A stretch of DNA of 64,000 nt from Octopus bimaculoides (GCF_001194135.2 NC_068982.1:110019607-110083606), one strand, 5' to 3'; positions 13,229 to 25,806 are shown, counted from the first letter of the stretch. A program made the numbers and translations. Notes: a model not told the origin generated them from the letters alone.

Positions 13229-13987
13229 GCCATGTTTCCAGAGTTTGATTATTCAAATCCCAAAGAATCCCACTACCCCTTCGCGTGATCAGAGATGCAC
13301 ATATCGTCAAACACTAAGGGGCATGTTCAACTGGTTAAGGTCAGATAAGTGACAAGAAAATTGGTGGGATTGAGCAGTATATTAGCTCATTTTTATTATT
13401 ATCTCTTTTTGTTGTAACTCCTGTAGTCTTGCATGCGTAGCGGGCTTGCTGTTTGCAGCTTACGATATCATGCTGTCTGTTCTTTTCAACTATCTAATAC
13501 TTTCCTGATTATTTTGGCCGTGCAAAGTAGGCAAATCTTTTGTAACAGTTCTACTGGGCACTCTATTCCGATTTCCTTTATATTCTTCTTGATACCTTTT
13601 GACTACTACGACTACTACGACTACTACTACTACTATGATTATTATTATTATTATTAAAGTGACAATGGGCTACCCGTCTGATAAGGATACACCGGGCACA
13701 TGCATCAAAACCATATGTGCGCGAGATGGTCATCTTATATCAAGTTAAACAGCACATGACCTTGCAGGTGGGTCCCAGTTAAAGTTTTCTTCGGGTTCAG
13801 TAGCCCATCCCGCTCAAAAAGTTTCTGAATAAGTGTTCTTTAAAGATGTTGAACGAAACACCCATGTTTCCAAAAGTGAATTATCCAAACCCCAAAGAAT
13901 TCCTTTCAACACATGGCTATGATGCGCCCCTTCTGCTTGTGATAAGAGATGAACATATCGTCAACCACTAAGGGACATGCTCAACTG

Positions 13988-13988
<1 letters not shown>
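13229..13988 (+). repeat. Two copies of an unclassified dispersed repeat (13229-13375 and 13660-13988)
   Basis: Both carry CCATGTTTCCA...ATTAT.CAAA.CCCAAAGAAT...GAT.AGAGATG.ACATATCGTCAA.CACTAAGGG.CATG.TCAACTG. Confidence 0.7.
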
Positions 13989-14053
<65 letters not shown>

Positions 14054-14281
14054 NNNNNNNNNNNNNNNNNNNNNNNNNNNNNNNNNNNNNNNNNNNNNNN
14101 NNNNNNNNNNNNNNNNNNNNNNNNNNNNNNNNNNNNNNNNNNNNNNNNNNNNNNNNNNNNNNNNNNNNNNNNNNNNNNNNNNNNNNNNNNNNNNNNNNNN
14201 NNNNNNNNNNNNNNNNNNNNNNNNNNNNNNNNNNNNNNNNNNNNNNNNNNNNNNNNNNNNNNNNNNNNNNNNNNNNNNNNN

Positions 14282-14370
<89 letters not shown>

Positions 14371-15889
14371 ATATATATGTATATGTATATGTATATGTGC
14401 ATGTATGTATGTATGTATGTATGTATACTCAGTAGTATAAATATATTTTTCTAATACAAATGTAAAAGCTTCGAGAACTACACAAATAAATCGTTTTAAC
14501 GGGGTTTTTTCTATACCTATGATAGACGTGCTAACAACCAATTACGCTAAATTAACCTTCAGTCTTCATTCTATCAAATTTGATGGAAAGGAAATCGATG
14601 ATATGCAGCATTTACTCCCAACTATAACGCAAATTTCTTCCTTCAGATAAATGCATGCACAATCATGACGGCCGACATTGCATGCAGGCTTACGTCTCTT
14701 CTGACCATCGACAGAGATACAACGTTTTTAAATGTCTGGCAAACATGTTTTTCAACATAAACACTCTCAATCTATCAAAGCAGTTTGGTACAGATGGATG
14801 GATGGATGGATGGATGGATGGATGGATGGATGGATGGATGGATGGAGATACCACGCACACTCACAAACTACATACAGCTACTTATTCCGATTATGCACCG
14901 AAAATAATTATGTGCATCTCGTTTCCATTTTCTCTTAAAACTTTTAGATTTTAATAAATGATTATCTCATGTGTTTAGAGCTTCTAGAAGAATAAATTAT
15001 ATACCATTTCCAGCATATTTTTATTTCTTTTCCGCTTTTATTGCTAATTAACACATCCATATCAGTGTTCTGATAGGACCATATTTAGGATAATAAAATC
15101 TTGAAAACATCCCACCCTGCATAAATCAACTCTCGAGCAATATCCCCTCTCTTGTAAAATGAACCGGAAAAAGTTATTTGATTCAGTCTCATATCTGCAG
15201 GAATATTTTTTTCTAAGTTTGGCACAAAGCCAGCAATTTTAAAGGGCCTAGTCAAAATCACTGAACTCAATACTTTATATTGTACTTAACGACCAAGAAA
15301 CAGTGAAAGGTAAAGCTAACCTTGGCAGGATTTGAAGTCTGCTTTTCATCTTTTCGATGTCGATGAAATAAGTAACAGTTGAACACTGGGGCCGAATAAA
15401 TCGACTTGCTTCTACCATCAAAGCAGTTGGCCAAGTGTTAAAATTGACATCTAAATGAGCCAATATTATGCGGGTGTAGGCAGGTGACAAGAGCTGAGAG
15501 AATGCACTTGCCTTTGATGCACCAAGGTAATCTCGGCTTATATGTAGCGTGCTTTTCCGTTTTCGGAATCCATTCTTGTTCAGTCTGTTGTTTTAGCGCT
15601 ATTTACTAGGGTTGTGCCGCAAGTAATGCGAATGTAGGCTTAACTTATTTTTATTTACATAGGTTATTCAAATTGCACATGTTGTTAGAGTAACTTTTCC
15701 GCTTTATTTTTTCTCTTCTTCCTGTTCTCTCTTATTGTAAGTAAATAATAAGTGCCGTCATTGAGTTCTTGAGGAGAGGAAGCTGTCCGATAACGAAAGA
15801 AACCTACAAGTTGTTTAAGATTAACAAGAGCAAGATGTACAGGTAGATGAAGATGCTTAAATGAAAGGGAACAAGCACTAAAACAAACC

Positions 15890-16809
15890 ATTCAGTGGGG
15901 CACCGTTAACTATGCCCACTGACATGAATAGCCAGCGAGTGGACATATTGATCCATACGGACAAATCAGTCATAATCAGCGAGTTGCTGCACAACTGGAC
16001 TGTAGTCACAATGCATTTAAGATGGTGGAACACTGGCTATTAGGAAGAATGAGTTCCTCGACAGTTGACAACCTATTTGAAGGAGAGAGTTGTAGAAGTC
16101 TGCTTTCATCTGCTGGAAGTTTTTGAAGCCAAAGAAGACGTGTTTTACCGACCTGGTGACAGGGAATGAAACCTGGACATATCTTTATGGCTCAAAAACG
16201 AAGGCTCAATCCATGTAATGGCGTCAAACTTCACCTCTAAGGCCTAAAAAGCTAAAAAGCTAAAAAGCCAGGGATCAGCACAGAAAGTCATGGTGTTTGA
16301 GGAATGACAAGACCGTCATTTTTCTTGATTTCTGGAACATAGCTACACTGCGAACAGCGAACGGTACATTGAAACATTCAGAAAGCTTAAAATTATCCAC
16401 ATTGACCGTGACAATGCATGACAGCACACATCTTTGGCAACAACTCAAGTAATCAGAAAATTAGAGAAGTCAGCGGTCTTCTATTCACCTTACAACCCTG
16501 ACCTGGTACTCTCCAACTTCAATCTGTGCTATCCAACGAAGAATAGCCTTCGAGGACGAAAATTTTATGAGATAAACGAGGTGAAAATGGCTGTGAAAAA
16601 CGTGGGCACACCAGTGCAAACGCGAATTTTATCAAAGACGGTTCAAGAGTTGGATTCAACGATGGTGCATACGCATCGTTTGTGATGTTAGGTAGTGCCT
16701 CTACATACAGGAAGAGTCACTTTACTAGCAAGTGCAATTCGAATGACTTATGTGACTTAATAAAAGAACGTATGCCCTCTTTTCCATTACTTACGGTATA
16801 ACTCTCGTA
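15890..16809 (+). mobile_element. Decayed mariner element, 3' two-thirds with right TIR remnant
   Basis: Recognisable remnants: VPRQLT, GDRE*NLDI (from GDETW), NSERYIET, DNA*QHTS, HSPYNPDL-like (YSPYNPDLVLSNF) and LRGRKF..INEVK. Ends ...ATTACTTACGGTATAACTCTCG-TA. Confidence 0.8.
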
Positions 16810-17525
16810 TTATTATCTGTGTAATAGCTTGTCTTTTTTGTTATTGTTGATCTCCCCGATCATTCAATGGAAATCCACAATTCTTGTTTATTATTTTCGT
16901 TTGTATTTGGCCTTTGTTCTAATCCCGACGGATGGATTATTACTATCCTTATTATTATTATTTTTGTCTTTGTTGTTATTACTATTGTTGTTCCTGTTGC
17001 ATTGTGGTTGCTATTGCTGTTGTTGTTGCTGTTTCTGTTGTGGTTATTGTTGTTGTTCTTGCGGCTGTTGTTGTTTTTGTTAATAATATCATCATCGTCA
17101 TCGCTCGCATCGTTCACATCACTCACCCTTTTTTCTTGAATCTCGCTTCACCTTTGTTTTTTGTTTTTTTCCTATCTCTTATTTCATCTGTCTTTACTTT
17201 CTCCAATTCGAAGGTGGGCGTCCCCTGCATCGTTCCACTACATCGCTTCAATGTCACCGATCAAGCTTCATACAAATTACGCGTGATTGCTCATGGTTCA
17301 CAATAAAAAACAATGAAAACAGTTACTTTTCATTGACACGTGGGAACGTCGAAATAACCACATACATAACAAAAAGTATTTCTCAAGGTATACAAGCATA
17401 TCTTCCCAGCTATGACTTCTATTTCTCTGCCTCTCTTCCTCTCTTTCTCTTTCTCACTCTCTCTTTCTCCCTCTCTCTTTCGTATTATACATATGTGTGT
17501 ATGTGTGTATTTATCCAGGTGTATT

Positions 17526-17560
<35 letters not shown>

Positions 17561-17572
17561 TCCAGAAAATAA

Positions 17573-17608
17573 GATCTGAAGAAGGAATTGTAATTCCGAA
17601 ATATCATC
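17573..17608 (+). ncRNA. Minimal type I hammerhead ribozyme motif
   Basis: GAT-CTGAAGA-A-GGAAT(TGTA)ATTCC-GAAA-TAT-C-ATC: intact core, 5-bp stem II, loopless palindromic stem III (ATAT), AUC site and a 3-bp stem I. Confidence 0.55.
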
Positions 17609-18534
17609 GGACTATAGATATCCAAGTTACAACAAGTATATAGTCCATTTTTTGTTCTATATTGCATTGTTATACCTTTCTAAACTTTTTATTCTTTACA
17701 AACAATACACAATGCTTCAAGCGAACTACAATACTCTCTTATATATATNNNNNNNNNNNNNNNNNNNNNNNNNNNNNNNNNNNNNNNNNNNNNNNNNNNN
17801 NNNNNNNNNNNNNNNNNNNNNNNNNNNNNNNNNNNNNNNNNNNNNNNNNNNNNNNNNNNNNNNNNNNNNNNNNNNNNNNNNNNNNNNNNNNNNNNNNNNN
17901 NNNNNNNNNNNNNNNNNNNNNNNNNNNNNNNNNNNNNNNNNNNNNNNNNNNNNNNNNNNNNNNNNNNNNNNNNNNNNNNNNNNNNNNNNNNNNNNNNNNN
18001 NNNNNNNNNNNNNNNNNNNNNNNNNNNNNNNNNNNNNNNNNNNNNNNNNNNNNNNNNNNNNNNNNNNNNNNNNNNNNNNNNNNNNNNNNNNNNNNNNNNN
18101 NNNNNNNNNNNNNNNNNNNNNNNNNNNNNNNNNNNNNNNNNNNNNNNNNNNNNNNNNNNNNNNNNNNNNNNNNNNNNNNNNNNNNNNNNNNNNNNNNNNN
18201 NNNNNNNNNNNNNNNNNNNNNNNNNNNNNNNNNNNNNNNNNNNNNNNNNNNNNNNNNNNNNNNNNNNNNNNNNNNNNNNNNNNNNNNNNNNNNNNNNNNN
18301 NNNNNNNNNNNNNNNNNNNNNNNNNNNNNNNNNNNNNNNNNNNNNNNNNNNNNNNNNNNNNNNNNNNNNNNNNNNNNNNNNNNNNNNNNNNNNNNNNNNN
18401 NNNNNNNNNNNNNNNNNNNNNNNNNNNNNNNNNNNNNNNNNNNNNNNNNNNNNNNNNNNNNNNNNNNNNNNNNNNNNNNNNNNNNNNNNNNNNNNNNNNN
18501 NNNNNNNNNNNNATATATATGTATGTATGTATAT

Positions 18535-18736
18535 ACCAAATCCACTAAGAAGGCTTTGGTCGGCCAGATGATATAGTCGAAGACACTTGACACTTGCCCA
18601 AGGTGCCCGATTTGTTCGGCAAAAGTAACCGATAGAGTAAACACCAGGCTTAAGATATAAGTACTGGGGTCGATTTGTTAGGCGGTGCTCCTGCATGGCT
18701 GCAGTCCAATGACTGAAACAAGTAAATGATAAAAGA
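18535..18736. mobile_element. Family B SINE with inverted 5' segment
   Basis: 18535-18607 matches the SINE 5' body on the minus strand. 18613-18736 matches the SINE 3' part on the plus strand. Confidence 0.7.
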
Positions 18737-19399
18737 TAAATGAAATGTAAATACATACATACATACATACATACATACATGTATACACACAGTCACACAC
18801 ACACAGGTACATGCATACATACATACATGCATACACGCATACATTCATACATACATACATAACGATTGGAAAAACCGTTGATGTGTCTGTCTATGAATCT
18901 TTGAAACGGTTACAATAAAGTTCAATGTAATCTGTTAGGAAATCCTACTATGCTGAAATAATGAAGTTTTAATACGAAGCTATATTCCTCATGTCAAATA
19001 TAAAACTATTTTAATTAATAGTTATGAAATAATTAGATGATAATGAACTGATGTGAACATCGATCTTAGAACAGAGTGATTTATGTTCTTTAAACTTAGA
19101 TCTTTATTTCAATCTTCGATGAATTTATTCCAATTGCACCAGTATAAAGCTTGCCTTTTTTCACCTCCAGTATTTATCAATTAACTTCCAATTATATAGT
19201 AGCATCTATTGCATCAATTATATTGGCCTTATAAACCCACGAAGCAGTGGGTTCATAAGCTGTGAACTGAGTACCATAAAACATATAGTTTGACAACTGT
19301 TCAGCGATGCATGTCACATATTCCTTGTAATAAGACATACAGATCCTGCATTTCAATGAATAATACTGGAGAAAGTATTATGTATGTGTATATATACAT

Positions 19400-19656
19400 T
19401 TGAAATTTACAGACATGGGTTTGTTGTCTCTGCTCGATGCGTTTGGACATCATGCGTGAAAACAAAAACCCGACGAATGCACACTACACGCTTGTATTCT
19501 AGGCGTAATGACTAGAAACTGACGTGGCCTACTGGTGTGAGATTTTCACGCATGCGCAGAAAGGATAGTATCACCTCCAATCCAAAGGGCTTTGCCACGC
19601 AGCATCAATTTTAACAGAAAAAAATAAAGCCGGATAATTTTTGAACGCACCTTGTA
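19400..19656. mobile_element. Mariner-type terminal fragment (one TIR)
   Basis: Ends ...GCCGGATAATTTTTGAACGCACCTTG-TA, the reverse complement of a TA-CAAGGTGCGTTCAAAAATTATCCGG mariner-like TIR. The left boundary is approximate. Confidence 0.5.
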
Positions 19657-19782
19657 CTTAAGCGATTCTCAATAGACTTCTTATCTTTGTGTCAAGAAAC
19701 TTTCCGTCTTTCACTCTCCCTTTCTCTCGCTCAATCTCACTCTCTCTCCCTCCCTCTCTCTCTCACTCACACTTTGAGTATA

Positions 19783-19830
<48 letters not shown>

Positions 19831-19850
19831 TATATAAGCGTTTGTGTATA

Positions 19851-20743
19851 TGTAAGGTGTGTGAGCAACTGCTTGTGTTAATGGCAGAAGAAAGGGGAAT
19901 TGCATTAGAAAAAGTTTTAATCGATGTTTTCGGTAAGTTTGGGCGCTAGGAAAAAATAGAAGAGGCATTAAGAAGTTGACGTTATGAATTGCTTAAACAG
20001 AAAATGGAGCTGTAAGAATTAACGGGGAAATTGTATGTAAGAATTAATAGGAGACTATCCAATTTAAGAAAAGTGAAGATAAAAGCTAAGTAAAGAAGTA
20101 TGGAATAAGTAGAGAAAATGGGGTGGGGAGGGCGGAAGTCTTTCCAAAATATCTTCGCAGGAAACAGCTTCAGAAGTTGTGAAGAAAGAATTTCTAGGTA
20201 GTCTGTTTATGAGAACTATTGTATTGGACCTCTGTCTATTCACGTCTTTTAAGGTACACGCACATACATAGAAAATGTGAGGTCATGTTAGAAAAGTTTT
20301 ACGATAGTTGATTTATGGAAAAGATTATGTTAAATGTTTGAAATGCAAATCTGTGAATGAAAAATAAGTTCATACCTCTACATGGTAGGTAGACCTGGTA
20401 GAAATAGCAGCCAAATATCCCTCAAAACACCCTACTGTATTAATGCGACAATTCTGCGTATTATGTAGTTTGAATGAGAAACTGTAAGGTGTGTGAGCAA
20501 CTGGTTTTGTTAATGTCAGAAGAAAGGGGAATTGCATTAGAAAAAGTTTTAATCGATGTTCTCGGTAAGTATGGGAGCTAGGAAAAACAGAAGAGGCATT
20601 AAGAAGTTAACGTTAAGAATTGCTTTAACCGAAAATGAAGCTGTAAGAACTAACGGGGAAATTGTATGTAAGAATTAATAGCAGACGTATCCAATTTAAG
20701 AAAAGTGAAGATAAAAGCTAAGTGAAGAAGTATGGAATAAGTA
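19851..20743. repeat. Local ~260-bp direct repeat (19851-20111 and 20483-20743), with a partial third copy at 21683-21733
   Basis: Both copies run TGTAAGGTGTGTGAGCAACTG...GAAGTATGGAATAAGTA, about 90% identical by manual alignment. Confidence 0.9.
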
Positions 20744-21568
20744 ATTGTTATACGCTTATAGAAAAACAATTTATNNNNNNNNNNNNNNNNNNNNNNNNNN
20801 NNNNNNNNNNNNNNNNNNNNNNNNNNNNNNNNNNNNNNNNNNNNNNNNNNNNNNNNNNNNNNNNNNNNNNNNNNNNNNNNNNNNNNNNNNNNNNNNNNNN
20901 NNNNNNNNNNNNNNNNNNNNNNNNNNNNNNNNNNNNNNNNNNNNNNNNNNNNNNNNNNNNNNNNNNNNNNNNNNNNNNNNNNNNNNNNNNNNNNNNNNNN
21001 NNNNNNNNNNNNNNNNNNNNNNNNNNNNNNNNNNNNNNNNNNNNNNNNNNNNNNNNNNNNNNNNNNNNNNNNNNNNNNNNNNNNNNNNNNNNNNNNNNNN
21101 NNNNNNNNNNNNNNNNNNNNNNNNNNNNNNNNNNNNNNNNNNNNNNNNNNNNNNNNNNNNNNNNNNNNNNNNNNNNNNNNNNNNNNNNNNNNNNNNNNNN
21201 NNNNNNNNNNNNNNNNNNNNNNNNNNNNNNNNNNNNNNNNNNNNNNNNNNNNNNNNNNNNNNNNNNNNNNNNNNNNNNNNNNNNNNNNNNNNNNNNNNNN
21301 NNNNNNNNNNNNNNNNNNNNNNNNNNNNNNNNNNNNNNNNNNNNNNNNNNNNNNNNNNNNNNNNNNNNNNNNNNNNNNNNNNNNNNNNNNNNNNNNNNNN
21401 NNNNNNNNNNNNNNNNNNNNNNNNNNNNNNNNNNNATAGAGAGAGTAATGTTGATGGTGTGTGTGTATATGAAGGAGAGAGAAAGAAAGAAAGAGAGAGA
21501 GAGAGAGATAACTGAAGTTTTATTCAGTTTTTGTAGTGAGTGAATGTGTGAGTGATTGACAGAGAAAA

Positions 21569-21603
<35 letters not shown>

Positions 21604-21742
21604 TTATGTATATATGTATGTATGTATGTATGTGTGAATGGCTTCAGTGACGCACACTCACATACATACACGCACACAGGTTGTTTTAATCGATTTTCTC
21701 GGTAACTATGGGGGAGGTTAGGAAAAATACAAAGCGCGTTCC

Positions 21743-21867
21743 AATCTATGCACCCGTCTCCACATGTGTGCCATTTTTCACGCGAATCCACCTAGCCGTT
21801 TGGCCACGAACCTCGAAACAAGAAAGAATACAACGGTCGCCCATATTCAATTTATATTATAGAAGAT
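21743..21867 (+). mobile_element. Possible 3' end of a Helentron-associated (DINE/Lep1-like) element
   Basis: ATGTGTGCCATTTTTCACGCGAATCCACCTAGCCGTTTGGCC...TTTATATTATAGAAGAT resembles the ...AAATTTCA..AAATC.GT.CAGCCGTTT...TTTATAATATTAGTA.GAT terminus of such elements (recalled pattern, not searched). Confidence 0.35.
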
Positions 21868-22832
21868 AATTAAAAAAATTAATTTTTTAAAGCGCAAAAA
21901 ATATTTTGAGTTATTTTTTTATTTTTAATAGAAGTAACAAGCAATTACAAATAGAAGTAATAACTTGTAATAAAATTTTTAGTTTTAATAAAAGCTAATA
22001 TTTTCTAAATCTAAATATTTTATTTGAAATTTTATCCTTAGCTGCAATATTTTAAGTAAAAATGTTCTTGTTCTGTACTTTCACAGATGTAATAACTTNN
22101 NNNNNNNNNNNNNNNNNNNNNNNNNNNNNNNNNNNNNNNNNNNNNNNNNNNNNNNNNNNNNNNNNNNNNNNNNNNNNNNNNNNNNNNNNNNNNNNNNNNN
22201 NNNNNNNNNNNNNNNNNNNNNNNNNNNNNNNNNNNNNNNNNNNNNNNNNNNNNNNNNNNNNNNNNNNNNNNNNNNNNNNNNNNNNNNNNNNNNNNNNNNN
22301 NNNNNNNNNNNNNNNNNNNNNNNNNNNNNNNNNNNNNNNNNNNNNNNNNNNNNNNNNNNNNNNNNNNNNNNNNNNNNNNNNNNNNNNNNNNNNNNNNNNN
22401 NNNNNNNNNNNNNNNNNNNNNNNNNNNNNNNNNNNNNNNNNNNNNNNNNNNNNNNNNNNNNNNNNNNNNNNNNNNNNNNNNNNNNNNNNNNNNNNNNNNN
22501 NNNNNNNNNNNNNNNNNNNNNNNNNNNNNNNNNNNNNNNNNNNNNNNNNNNNNNNNNNNNNNNNNNNNNNNNNNNNNNNNNNNNNNNNNNNNNNNNNNNN
22601 NNNNNNNNNNNNNNNNNNNNNNNNNNNNNNNNNNNNNNNNNNNNNNNNNNNNNNNNNNNNNNNNNNNNNNNNNNNNNNNNTATATATGTATATATAAAGA
22701 ATATGAGAGGTTTAGTTCACTTGTGATCTAAACGAATAGGTACGCTAGATAAGTGTTATAGCTGGTCGACCATTAGGCTACAAGATCCAAGGCTGGATCT
22801 AGGGATCCGTGTTAGGGTCCCGTTATAGCCTG

Positions 22833-23415
22833 TATATATCATATTAGAGGAAAAATCAAAACCAAGGCAGAACGAGTATCTGAAAACTTTTTTAATAATT
22901 TAATTAGGGTGAGGTGAATTTGAAGTCTTACAGCAGTTTCTGGGATAACCAAACTGGTTGGTTAGCATACCCGTTACAATATAAATCAGAACACTGCCAA
23001 AATATTGCCTGGATTTAACTGAGATTTTAACTAAAAACCTGTACCTTCATGGAAGTAACGACCAACATCCATATCCTCTGGAAAAAGATGAGTAGTGAAC
23101 ATTATTCTCCTGCCAATATTCTTCTAACTACTTTTACTCTTCATTCTTCTATTTCACTACTTTATTCTTCTATTTTATTCTTTATAAACTGTAAATCTTA
23201 TTCCTCGTAAACTGTAAATTTTCCCCGCCTAAAATATTCATACTTTGTCTCTGATGACGGAGTAACCAGTGTACGGATATGCTAATCAACCACTTTGGTT
23301 ATCCCAGAAACAGCTGTAAGACTTCAAATTCATCTTACCCTAATTAAATTATTCTAAATGACTTGAGATACTCGCTCTGTCTTAGTTTTGATTTTTCCTC
23401 TAATATAATATATTT
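22833..23415. mobile_element. Fold-back element with ~145-bp inverted arms (22833-22978 and 23270-23415), hammerhead-bearing
   Basis: The left arm reverse-complements to ...GGTATGCTAACCAACCAGTTTGGTTATCCCAGAAACTGCTGTAAGACTTCAAATTCACCTCACCCTAATTAAATTATT...GATACTCGTTCTGCCTTGGTTTTGATTTTTCCTCTAATAT, which matches the right arm. Confidence 0.85.
23247..23322 (+). ncRNA. Type I hammerhead ribozyme motif
   Basis: Stem I GTCT/AGAC; CTGATGA 23251-23257; long stem II GG.GTAACCAG/TTGGTTAT.CC with a C-A mismatch at 10.1/11.1; GAAA 23307-23310; palindromic stem III ACAGCTGT; GUA site with A17 at 23318. Confidence 0.7.
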
Positions 23416-25610
23416 ATATATCACATTTTGTACTCTACAAGTGCAAGAAGAGAGAGATATCGTTAGTATAGAATTTTGTGTAGTAAGTTAGCGTAAACAA
23501 CGCAGTTTTCATTTTAAAGTCTTAAAATAACTAGGTTAGACTATCTACATTATAATTTTCATCGGGTTAGATTTTATCTTCCATCATTTAAGACGTCAAA
23601 TAAACATATACCAATTGATTGAGGTGACTAAGTCCTGTCAGGAGGATTTAATCAATTTTATCTCTCCTTCTCTCTCTCCCTCTCTCTTTCTATCTATCTA
23701 TATGTCTGTCTATCTCTCAAAGTATCTATCTATTTCTCCTATTGTATGCAGTGTAAAGAAATCTATGTAGATCGGGGCAAGTAAGAGGGAGACTGGATTC
23801 AAAATAAAGGCTCCTTTTCAAGATCTGTATATAGTTTGGTGTCTATACTGATGTATATGATTGTATTGGCCTTAGTGAATATTGTGAAACACGTTATCCA
23901 TTGTATCTTCAGAATAGCTATGTATTTCGAACAAGTATATCTTTCAGCCTACTGATTCAAAAAGGAGCAACTCTGTAATCAGTAACTATTTCGATAAATT
24001 TGTGTCCAGAACACCAGTCTGCCCGTTCTGAAAGATTTAATTTTAATCGTTCGCTTAAAGAACAAATGCGCTTAATTAGCAAAAATAATATATGAATTAG
24101 AAAGTCTTCATTGAACATACCGAAAATAGTTTTGTGATATGAGATTAGTGTCCATGATAAGTGGTAAAAAAGTGATTTGCAAATGGAAATGCTAAATGTC
24201 ACAAACTAAAATATGCAAAATGCTTCTCGGATATTATTGTTTCGTGAGACTATACTAAAACAAAAGACGAGGATGGCTATTTTCAAAGTACTTCATTTTT
24301 CAGGATTCTAATGCTAGTATGCTACTAAATTATTTATAGAGGTGCAAACACATGGTTGACGGACGCCATAGTGTAAGAAAATTACTCATGTTGATCTTAG
24401 TTTGCGTCACAGTTTTATTGGCGATAGGATCCTTTCCAATTCCATTTATGCCGCTTTTGGCTCATAAGCCGAAAAAAATATGATCGTCACATTGTCTCAT
24501 TTTCTTTCTTTTTAAATCTGAAGCTTTGCTCTAACGTAAGAAATCAATAGACTGACTGAGGAGACGGTGGAAGCTGGTAGATCTAGAGACGTTCAAAAGA
24601 TTAATACAGACATTATGGCGATTACTGATAACATTGTGGTGCTGATAGTACTGAGGGTAATGCATTACGATCAAAAGTGACGGAAATATTTGAAGACAGA
24701 CTTAGTCCGAAGAATCAAGAATATCTATTATACTGTAGTAATGGTGTTTGGATGACTGAATTACATAGAAAACATTTACGAAAACAAATAATAAAACAAA
24801 ATCGAAATGACTAAAATAATGCACCTATGGTTGCCAGTATAGATATCAAAAATCTACATAAAAAAGAACTATATATATACTTTGTTTTCCAGACTACCGC
24901 TAATAAATCTAATATAATTCTATCTAATTTGTTTCTCATATCAGCGCCGCTACCAAAGGCTTTGCTGTAATGGTGTGAGCTTTTTTAATTTAATTTTGCA
25001 GATGAATCCACTGACCACTATTTATTGAATTGCAATCAACCTCAACTTTCATTGGTTGCTGCTAGCCGGAACTGACGAGATAGTACTCGGCCAATGGTTT
25101 GTTCTGCTTTGACTCACAATGCTGGATGTATGGAATGGAAGAAAGAATTCGCTTTTGCGTAGTCATACAATAGGTCATAATGTCAAAAATAAGCTATTCT
25201 TAAACACTAACATAAAACTATCACTCACATACACACAGGAACCTATCCACCACATCAACAAATTTTTGTTCTTGATTTTATCTTGTGCATACGGATACAA
25301 ATCTAAAGTTACGCTACTCATACACCCACGCACGCGTGCGCGCACACGCACGCATGCACACACACTTAAAATCATATTCATGAGCATATACATTTATTTT
25401 CACATTTAGATATTATATTTCATCATACATACACATTAGAACATAAATGGTCATTATTACTTGCATAAAGGAAAAAGTGTTGTTTACCAATAACAAACAC
25501 CTTCATATAAATACACTGATACCATTTCACACATACTTCGCCAAATATGCATATCAGAAAACAAAGTTCATTTTCGCCATAAATATATATAATCGTATAT
25601 ATATATTAGT

Positions 25611-25806
25611 TTCAAATTTTGACACAAGGCCAGCAAGTTCAGGGAAGGGGTAAGTCGTTTACATCGACCTCAGTGATCCACTGGTACTTATTTTATTAAC
25701 CCCGAAAAGATGAATGGCGGAATTTGAACTCAGCACGTAAAGACGTACAAAATGCCGCTAAGCATTTTGTCCGACGTGCTAACCATTGTGGCAGCTCGCC
25801 GCCTTA
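25611..25806 (-). mobile_element. tRNA-derived SINE (family C)
   Basis: Reverse complement of GGCGGCGAGCTGCC...GTTAGCACGTCGGACAAAATGCTTAGCGG...GAGTTCAAATTCCGCC...CCTTGTGTCAAAATTTGAA. Confidence 0.85.

Noticed and set aside
19851-20743. LTR pair or retrozyme LTRs
   Set aside because: No terminal CA, PBS/PPT, TSD or hammerhead core found; kept only as a local duplication.
25072-25095. Hammerhead-like CTGACGA-GATAGTACTC
   Set aside because: Followed by GGCC rather than GAAA, and has no stem I/III.
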